In this document: positions 57,335 through 64,000 of the stretch, in pieces
How positions within the stretch are numbered: position 1 is the stretch's first letter
Layout of the letters: every line of letters begins with the position of its first letter
Assembly (NCBI GenBank): GCA_963716565.1
Contig: OY970318.1
Coordinates: forward strand, 64,830-128,829
Reading direction: 5' to 3'
Source: an uncultured Candidatus Saccharibacteria bacterium
GTDB lineage: Bacteria > Patescibacteriota > Saccharimonadia > Saccharimonadales > CAIOMD01
Length of the DNA stretch: 64,000 nt
Made by a program: the position numbers and the translations under genes
Notes under the pieces: model-generated
The model's database searches: none
The model's input: only the letters and a program-made list of their open reading frames with translations
What the model was told of the DNA's origin: nothing

Positions 57335-57517
57335 TTAAGCTCTAAAATAGTTCTTTTTAGCCATCCAGCGTGCCAAAATTGACAGCAAGATAACTGCTCC
57401 GACCGTAATGCTAGTAAGCGCTACGATTTGAAGCACCTTGTTTCCACCGGTGTTTGGTAAGACGATTGCGCCGCCGCCAAGGCCGACTATACCGCCACCA
57501 CCTTTGCCTCCGTACAT
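57335..57517 (-). CDS. 60-aa Gly-rich mini-protein consisting almost only of an LPNTG sorting signal
   Basis: The sequence is MYGGKGGGGIVGLGGGAIV-LPNTG-GNKVLQIVALTSITVGAVILLSIL-ARWMAKKNYFRA. The RBS is AGGGGAG, 8 nt upstream. Its own terminator hairpin sits before the sortase gene. Confidence 0.6.
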   Translation of the reverse strand: MYGGKGGGGIVGLGGGAIVLPNTGGNKVLQIVALTSITVGAVILLSILARWMAKKNYFRA

Positions 57518-57746
57518 AAGATATTCTCCCCTGGTTTGTTCACAAAAAGTGAAAAACCAATTAGTATCACCTCTTGAGTGAGTGCTACTAGATAGACTCG
57601 CTCAAATCAAGCATATTGTACTCTATAAGTGCGCACTAGTCAACAACATTTTATAATGCTATTGCTATAACAGAACATTTACAAACAGTCATTAATATAG
57701 TAAGAAACTTATGCTTTTAACGACGTACGGTCAACTCTTGATTTTA

Positions 57747-58718
57747 TTAGCGTCTAGAGATGCGATTTATTTTTTTGGTGACTGTCCGAGCCTTAGCGAA
57801 AAAGGTGTCTGCTCGAGATTTTGCGTTAGTTCTCACTGGTACGGTTTTTAGTTTTAATGTACCAACAATAGGCTGGAACTTATTCAACCAGCGATCTAGC
57901 GGTTTGCGAACAGTTTGGAGCTTGCTTAACCAGCGCTTCAATAGTTCGCGACGACGGGTGATCATGTAAACGCTGCCGCATAGGGCTACAACGACTAAAC
58001 CAATACCAATGAATGGGCCTGCGCCCGAATCGCTTGTGAAGCCCCAAAAATGCCATCTTTTGTTATGCCTATCATTTGTAGACTTTTTGGTTGGAGTTGG
58101 TGTTGGTGCGTTGGTTGGCTCGGGGGTTGGCGTAGTCGTAGGTGTTACCGTAGGAACTGTTGTGACATTGCGCCGACGTGAGTTATTAGAATTGTTGGGT
58201 GTTGGAGTGGGGGCGGTAGGTGCCGGCGTAGGCGTAGGCGTGGATGGGATAACAATCGTAAATGTTGCACCCGTGATTGCGCCATTCCATACGTCTGTAT
58301 TATCAGTAGAGCGGTAGATATGTGAACTACTAGCGAAATTAATTGCTCCGCTGCCATTTCCGATAACCTTAAAGTTAGCAGTTGCTACCGCTTGGTTACC
58401 ACTTTTTGGTGTGATTGTTCCACAGGTGATACCAGCGCCACTGCCGGGAGCGCTTATTTCGAACGCCGAGCTGTTACAGCTAATGCCCGTAAGTTGTAAT
58501 ACGGCCTGGTTAAAGCTTATATCGGCCTCAATAACGTTTACTGTATCTATAGCGCTGTTCTCGTACATAGTCACGGCAAAGATAGATCCAACAGTATAGT
58601 TGCCATTATTAGGTGACATGGATAGACTAGCCGATCCAGATGCGTAAGCCGTGGCCGGCAATAATAAGCTGACTAATATGCCCGCAAGATAACAAATCTT
58701 TAAAAGTTGTTTTTTCAT
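57747..58718 (-). CDS. Cohesin-domain protein with Pro/Thr linker, TM anchor and basic cytoplasmic tail
   Basis: Signal peptide. Cohesin-like beta-sandwich pattern (SLSMSPNNGNYTVGSIFAVTMYENSAIDTVNVIEADISFNQAVLQLTGI...ATANFKVIGNGSGAINF). PTPTP linker, then TM GPFIGIGLVVVALCGSVYMI and an R/K-rich tail. Confidence 0.65.
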   Translation of the reverse strand: MKKQLLKICYLAGILVSLLLPATAYASGSASLSMSPNNGNYTVGSIFAVTMYENSAIDTVNVIEADISFNQAVLQLTGISCNSSAFEISAPGSGAGITCGTITPKSGNQAVATANFKVIGNGSGAINFASSSHIYRSTDNTDVWNGAITGATFTIVIPSTPTPTPAPTAPTPTPNNSNNSRRRNVTTVPTVTPTTTPTPEPTNAPTPTPTKKSTNDRHNKRWHFWGFTSDSGAGPFIGIGLVVVALCGSVYMITRRRELLKRWLSKLQTVRKPLDRWLNKFQPIVGTLKLKTVPVRTNAKSRADTFFAKARTVTKKINRISRR

Positions 58719-58720
58719 GA

Positions 58721-60214
58721 TTATTTACCCCAGTTAGTTAATAGAATTGATAAATCAAGTGCGCCTACCGCTAGGTCACCATTAACATCACCCTGGGCTA
58801 ACGTGGCGCCCGATTTACCCCAGTTAGTTAACATAATGCTCAGATCTAGCGCGTTAATGAGTCCGTCACTGTTTGCATCACCCGTTTTGTTGGTAGTTAC
58901 CGATATTGCAACTGGTGACAAAAACTTCATAGTGTCAAGGTATGCACTGATGCCAGAATTAGCGCTAACAATTAATTGCAAGCGGGCGCTGGTAACGGCT
59001 GTAGATGTAGGTGCGTATTCAAAATTGAGGTTCTCTAAATAAACACTTGGTTCTTGTACTTTGAACTGGCCTGACAGCCAAGTGCCTTCGGAGTTGTATT
59101 CATCTATATAGAATCCGATGGCACCGCTGTTTATGGCGGTTACATTCAAATAGCATTTAATTACATATGTTTGGGTTGGGTCTATCTTAACGATTGTGGA
59201 AAATAAATGAGAATTTACATTGGCCGATTCCATCTTTACAGAATTCGTGGGGCTCGGGCCGCTACCATTATTTTGGGTATCTTGCTTGATTGTAGCGGGG
59301 CTGTCTGTATTCCAAGTCGCGGTGCTAATAGCTGAGTCGACTAATGGGGAATCAAACGTTTCGTTCCCGAATAGGTCTGCATCACTATTGATTAAGCCTT
59401 CAGAAATGTTTACTACTGGCAAATTTTTTTCTTTAACATAACTGGCAATGGCATCTAAATCTGCAGTACTGTACTGGTAATCGTCTGGGTCAGTGCTTGG
59501 AGTTACCCGTATATCATGCATGGTGAGAATAAGCCATTGGTTATTAGCAATCGCGTAGTCTATGTAACCCTTTACCGTAGCTACGCTTACACCGACTTGT
59601 ACGGGTTGATCGCGTAGTAGGTAATCACTGTACGGGTATGGGTTGTAGCCTGTATCGGCAAAACCACGGTGTGAGGTGTATACTTTAGCGATTTCGGCTA
59701 GAACCGGCTGGTTCCAGTCGCCGTACGGCGAAGAAAAGGCCGTGGTGGTAATTCCATTGCTGGTAAGCACGCTTTTTGAGGTAGTAAGTTCGTTGACTAC
59801 TTCTGCTGTCGTGAGCTTATTCGGCTGGTCGTCGGGGTCGCTACTCGCGAGATATGGATGAGTGGCACTATGCGAGCCGATTTCCCAGCCGTAGGTATCT
59901 ACAAGCGTATGTATCTGAGACCAGTCCATATAAGGTACGTCTTCGTCTGCCTTGCAGTTGTTAGGGGTAGTTGTCATGCCTACGCAACTTGATACAACAT
60001 AATTGGTGGCCGCAAAGCCATACTTGGCCAATGTTGGGGCAGCTTGGGTAAAGGCACTTTGCAGGCCATCATCAAAAGTAAAAGATATTTTTGCTACACG
60101 CTGCAAGTTTTGATTTAATGCCAATGCCTGCAATCCAAATGCAAACAGCATTGATATGCTAATGGAAACAGCCATTAGCCGTACGATTATTTTATTGCCA
60201 ATAAGTCTATTCAT
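58721..60214 (-). CDS. Secreted polysaccharide deacetylase (NodB/CE4) with a CBM-like domain and a C-terminal dockerin
   Basis: NodB motifs FTFDDG and GSHSATHP. A jelly-roll CBM4_9-like middle region. Two dockerin Ca-loops, GDANSDGLINALDLSIMLTNWGK and GDVNGDLAVGALDLSILLTNWGK. Confidence 0.8.
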   Translation of the reverse strand: MNRLIGNKIIVRLMAVSISISMLFAFGLQALALNQNLQRVAKISFTFDDGLQSAFTQAAPTLAKYGFAATNYVVSSCVGMTTTPNNCKADEDVPYMDWSQIHTLVDTYGWEIGSHSATHPYLASSDPDDQPNKLTTAEVVNELTTSKSVLTSNGITTTAFSSPYGDWNQPVLAEIAKVYTSHRGFADTGYNPYPYSDYLLRDQPVQVGVSVATVKGYIDYAIANNQWLILTMHDIRVTPSTDPDDYQYSTADLDAIASYVKEKNLPVVNISEGLINSDADLFGNETFDSPLVDSAISTATWNTDSPATIKQDTQNNGSGPSPTNSVKMESANVNSHLFSTIVKIDPTQTYVIKCYLNVTAINSGAIGFYIDEYNSEGTWLSGQFKVQEPSVYLENLNFEYAPTSTAVTSARLQLIVSANSGISAYLDTMKFLSPVAISVTTNKTGDANSDGLINALDLSIMLTNWGKSGATLAQGDVNGDLAVGALDLSILLTNWGK

Positions 60215-60438
60215 AGATCAATCAGCCCCTATCTAATCCGAGCCAAACGGTCGGATTAAGTTTTAATAGAAATGATAGTACCAGAATATGGCGCAATAAG
60301 CAACTATATTATAAAGTACTTATGATTGAGGATTTTTTCTTATTAACTTGCTGGCGATTGTAGATACGGCCAGTCTTTAACTTTTGTAAATAAGCATAAG
60401 AATGTTAATATTCATTCTAGTATCTTAAATGATGGGCA

Positions 60439-61824
60439 ATGATCAAAAACTCTGCTACAAACTCCCTAAATTACGTTAAAAAGGGAATTAAACGTTCCGA
60501 AAAACAAGCTTATAGCATTGCTAAGAGTATTTTGCATTACAAAAAATTTAACCGTGCTTTAAGGATGTTGGGGCCGGGGATTACCACCGGCGCGGCGGAT
60601 GACGACCCTTCTGGCATAGTAACTTATTCTCAAGCCGGGGCAACTTATGGCTATGCCTTGCTTTGGGCCTTTCCAATTATGTACCCAATGCTGCTGGCGG
60701 TGCAGGAAGCTTGTTCGCGTATTGGTGCTGTAACAGGCAAGGGGTTAGCGGCTGTTTTAAAAGATAATTACAGCAAGAAGTTATTGTATTTAGCAGTTAT
60801 GCTGGTAGTAATTGCCAATATTGTTAACATTGGGGCTGATATTGGCGCTGTGGTGGTAACTATGCAGCTGTTTACTACCCTGCCCTTCGCTGTTTTAGCT
60901 TTTTTGCTAACCGGCTTAATTTTGCTTTTAGAGATATTTGTTAGCTATAAGCGTTACGCCAAAATACTAAAATGGCTTACTTTATCGCTTTTGGCTTATC
61001 CGATTGCTTCCATCTTAGTTGGCCAATCCTGGGGGGAATTATGGACGGCTACAACCCATATAAATGTGAACTTCGATTTTAAGATTCTTTATCTGTTAGT
61101 AGGTATTATTGGCACCACCATTTCGCCGTACTTGTTCTTTTGGGATACTTCCGAAGTTGTAGAAGACGAAATAGAACATAAGCGGCTGGCCGAAAATACT
61201 CAAAAAGAGCCACGTATTAGCAAGCGATTCTTGCGTAGCGTTCGCATAGATAACTTTGTAGGTATGACTTTTGCCAGCTTGGGTGCTTGGTTTATTGTGG
61301 TGCTTTGTGCTTCGGTCTTGCATGCTAACGGGGTAACCGAAATCAATTCTGTTGCTGACGCCGCCAGAGCCTTAGAGCCACTAGTAGATAACTTCCCCAA
61401 CGCCGGGCTAATAGCCAAAATAGTATTTTCTATAGGTGTATTTGGCCTAGGCATGCTGGCTATCCCAGTATTAGCCGGTTCGGCCTCGTACGCTGTAAGC
61501 GAACTGTTTAACTGGCGCGAAGGCTTACACCGTAAGTTTAAAAAGGCAACTGGCTTTTATGTGATTATCATTTTGTCTACCTTGGCTGGGCTGGCCCTTA
61601 ACTTTATTGGTATTGATCCTATTAAGGCCTTAGTTTTTGCGGCCGTGTTTAACGGTGTATCAGCTATTCCTCTGCTATATATGATTATCAAAATTGGCAA
61701 CAATAAAAACGTGATGGGCGAGCATAAAAACGGCATCTTATCTAATATCTTTGTGACGCTGGCGTTCTTAATGATACTAGCAGCTTCCATTGTAATGTTT
61801 GTAGCCATGGCATTAAGCCGCTAA
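60439..61824 (+). CDS. NRAMP-family divalent metal transporter
   Basis: GPGITTGAADDDPSGIVTYSQAG signature and about 11 TM helices. Confidence 0.8.
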   Translation: MIKNSATNSLNYVKKGIKRSEKQAYSIAKSILHYKKFNRALRMLGPGITTGAADDDPSGIVTYSQAGATYGYALLWAFPIMYPMLLAVQEACSRIGAVTGKGLAAVLKDNYSKKLLYLAVMLVVIANIVNIGADIGAVVVTMQLFTTLPFAVLAFLLTGLILLLEIFVSYKRYAKILKWLTLSLLAYPIASILVGQSWGELWTATTHINVNFDFKILYLLVGIIGTTISPYLFFWDTSEVVEDEIEHKRLAENTQKEPRISKRFLRSVRIDNFVGMTFASLGAWFIVVLCASVLHANGVTEINSVADAARALEPLVDNFPNAGLIAKIVFSIGVFGLGMLAIPVLAGSASYAVSELFNWREGLHRKFKKATGFYVIIILSTLAGLALNFIGIDPIKALVFAAVFNGVSAIPLLYMIIKIGNNKNVMGEHKNGILSNIFVTLAFLMILAASIVMFVAMALSR

Positions 61825-62053
61825 ATTAGACGATAGATGATGGACTCTAGACGCTTGAGAGTGAGCTAATCAGGGAAGAAACCTAATAGTAATAGTGTAG
61901 TTAAATAAAATACGCTATAGCGTATTTTATTAAGATATTCACCGATATATTCATAGCTAATTGGTTAAGCTAATGTGCAGGCCCATCAATTTGGGGATAG
62001 GGCGCTTTCTGGGTTCAGGATCTTAAAAATATTGCGTTCGTATGTAACACGTA

Positions 62054-63211
62054 CTACGATTTTGAGTCTGTTTTATTGGCTGCGGCTATTTCGGCTTCGT
62101 TATCGACAGCAGCTAGGTAAACTTGTACGGTAGTGACAATCAGAATCATTAATACTGGGCCCAGTACAATGCCCACAAAACCAAACATACTTAAACCAGC
62201 GAAGACCGATAAGATAACCAAGGCCGAGTCCATATAAGCCCTTTTAGATGCAAACTTGGGGCGTACGATGTTATCGATATTGGTAACAATTAATATGTGG
62301 CCGGCAATTAAGACTATGCCTTGCCAAATATGACCAGTTAATAGCAAGATTACGCCTATTGGTAAAACTGCAGCACCGCCCCCCAATGGGATGATTGATA
62401 AGAAGGTAGTTAGCACAAACCATAAAAAGAAGTAGCGCAGGCCGACCGCCCATAATAAGGCGGCGTCTACTAGCCCCTGCAAAACGGCAATGGCAAATTG
62501 GCCTTTTACCATAGCTGTTGTCATGGCGCCGATGCGTTTTAGGTAAAGATTAGTCGCCTTTTCGCCTAGTGGGTTAATCCGCCGTATGGCGTAAAGAATT
62601 TTATCTTGATTACGGAGAACTGACATAAAGACATACACGTAAATTACTAATTTAGCCAAAAAGCCTACGATACTACCAGTTAATCCTGCAAAAAAGTTAA
62701 AAACATATTTGGCGATATTGCTGGCGTTAGATTGCAGCCAATCGGTCACCTGCACGGTGCTAATATTATCTACAGAACCCCCGGGCAGTTTATCTATTAG
62801 GTTATTAATTGCTGTTAAGGCTTGATCTATAAAGTTGCCGAACGAAGTGCCTTGTGTAGCCGACTTTGTAAGCTCATTGGCAAACTGAACGGCTTGGTCG
62901 ATGGTAAAGATCAGCACCAAGCTAAGGGGTATTAATATGGTAATCACCGAAAGAACAAAGGTTAGAGCAATACATAGCCCGGTGCGGTTATTAGTTTTGC
63001 GCAGTAACCACTGGTAAATTGGATTAAACATGTAGGCTACAATTACGCCTATAGCGATTACAAAGAAGTAGCTGCGCAAGAAGTAAATGCCTAGTAGTAG
63101 GGCTAATATTACGGCAATCGACAGGGCGTGTCGCTGTTTGCCATCCATCAGCCTAACAATATGTCTATGAATTTTGCGCATCTTAACTAAAAGCATACTA
63201 TATCTTGCCAT
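62054..63211 (-). CDS. AI-2E family transporter (PerM/UPF0118)
   Basis: Topology and motifs typical of the family (8 TM, PLGGGAAVLPIGVILL, DNIVRP). Confidence 0.75.
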   Translation of the reverse strand: MARYSMLLVKMRKIHRHIVRLMDGKQRHALSIAVILALLLGIYFLRSYFFVIAIGVIVAYMFNPIYQWLLRKTNNRTGLCIALTFVLSVITILIPLSLVLIFTIDQAVQFANELTKSATQGTSFGNFIDQALTAINNLIDKLPGGSVDNISTVQVTDWLQSNASNIAKYVFNFFAGLTGSIVGFLAKLVIYVYVFMSVLRNQDKILYAIRRINPLGEKATNLYLKRIGAMTTAMVKGQFAIAVLQGLVDAALLWAVGLRYFFLWFVLTTFLSIIPLGGGAAVLPIGVILLLTGHIWQGIVLIAGHILIVTNIDNIVRPKFASKRAYMDSALVILSVFAGLSMFGFVGIVLGPVLMILIVTTVQVYLAAVDNEAEIAAANKTDSKS

Positions 63212-63346
63212 GAAATAACAGGTTGCAACGGCATGGTCTTGCCAATATGCTTGTCGGAGCGTAAGCTAAAAATGGAAGGCCTAAAAACCATCCATTAAGC
63301 CGGGTTAAAACCCGGCTTTAAGTATTTACTGACCTCTGTTCAGCCA

Positions 63347-63375
63347 TTGACAAAACATGGCGCTTATGCTATGAT
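63347..63375 (+). promoter_or_regulatory. Sigma70-type promoter TTGACA-17-TATGAT with a roughly 120-nt structured leader
   Basis: Read directly. The leader has hairpins TCTTGA-GATT-TCAAGA and GCGGCAG...CTGCCGC. Confidence 0.55.
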
Positions 63376-63499
63376 GTGCTAGTCTTGAGATTTCAAGAGG
63401 CAAGTTGACAATTTATAGCTAAAAGCGGCAGATGGGGCATAACAGGTTTGTGCCCAGCCTGCCGCTTTGAAGTGAAAATGCTCTCGAAAAGGAGTAGCC

Positions 63500-63859
63500 A
63501 TGAAGAAGTTTTCTAAGCTTGACGACAGGCTGGCCGGCACTATAACTGTTTTGGAGGCCATGCTGATAGTCGCTGCGGTGTTCGTTGTTGTGCTGATATC
63601 GGCAAGTATTACCGCGCAGCACGCACAGAACACGGCCAGCAGGGCAGTTGTGCTGATCGAGGAGATGGCCAATGGCAGCTTGGACCTTGCGGAAATCGAC
63701 AAGGGCCAGAACGAGCTCATCAGGCAGCTGCAAGATCGTCTCTGGGAAGCAGAGCGCACCATAGAGCAGTTGCGCCAGGACCTTTATGGTCCGGGCGACG
63801 CTGATGGCGGCAAGAACGGAGACGTTCAGGCGCAGCCAACAGTGCTTTACAGAAAGTAA
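63500..63859 (+). CDS. Membrane-anchored coiled-coil protein (119 aa) in a GC-rich island
   Basis: RBS AAAGGAG. TM ITVLEAMLIVAAVFVVVLISASI followed by a heptad-like helical region. Two terminator hairpins lie at 63875-63907 and 63926-63948. Confidence 0.55.
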   Translation: MKKFSKLDDRLAGTITVLEAMLIVAAVFVVVLISASITAQHAQNTASRAVVLIEEMANGSLDLAEIDKGQNELIRQLQDRLWEAERTIEQLRQDLYGPGDADGGKNGDVQAQPTVLYRK

Positions 63860-64000
63860 CACCTCAAAGTGGTCGAGGGCGGGAGCGCGTATGCGCTCCT
63901 GCCCCTCAACCCAAGAATTATTGTTGGAGCCCTTCGGGGCTCTTTTTTGATTGATCTTAGTATACAATTAGAATAGCTACTTAAAGTAGCTGGGCAAATG

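Noticed and set aside
60215-60438. Possible Mn2+ (yybP-ykoY) riboswitch upstream of the NRAMP transporter
   Set aside because: I could not find the conserved four-way-junction motifs. The region is AT-rich with only one small hairpin (TAATCCGA…TCGGATTA).

Overview
This is a gene-dense, mostly low-GC bacterial window with short or overlapping intergenic junctions. Recognisable housekeeping genes include ligA, leuS, rpmF, nusB, rnc, rpsP, a KH-domain protein, trmD, the L25/Ctc ribosomal protein, phosphoketolase with acetate kinase, LemA-HtpX, a MurF-like ligase with Ddl and a VanX-like dipeptidase, an ECF sigma factor and an ABC-2 exporter. There are 10 tRNA genes, all with an encoded CCA end, and many secreted or anchored surface proteins. 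This gene content and style look like a reduced-genome Patescibacteria/CPR organism, possibly Saccharibacteria-like. That placement is an inference from gene content, not a database result. I found no rRNA, CRISPR array, transposase or integrase.

The main feature is a set of about seven short islands that are GC-richer by eye (no GC value was computed). They lie at roughly 3060-4490, 17790-18590, 19480-20140, 37640-39045, 42990-44120, 44460-46830 and 63340-63950. Several sit next to tRNA genes. Each has its own near-consensus sigma70-type promoter, a long structured leader, a strong RBS and a hairpin terminator.

Observations worth a second look:
- A radical-SAM/SPASM enzyme followed by a 37-aa Cys-rich peptide ORF that the track does not list, forming a RiPP-like cassette.
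- Two divergent copies of an unclassified structured RNA with conserved single-stranded motifs and covarying hairpins.
- A LeuRS gene that carries an inserted Nudix domain and is broken into two reading frames.
- A surface locus that pairs a dockerin-tagged polysaccharide deacetylase with a cohesin membrane anchor, a 60-aa LPNTG mini-protein, a sortase and a processive GT2 synthase.
- A partial duplication of the tRNA-Gln 3' end that looks like an att scar.
- Six Nudix-fold domains in 64 kb.

All functional calls come from motifs read in the supplied translations. No homology search was run.
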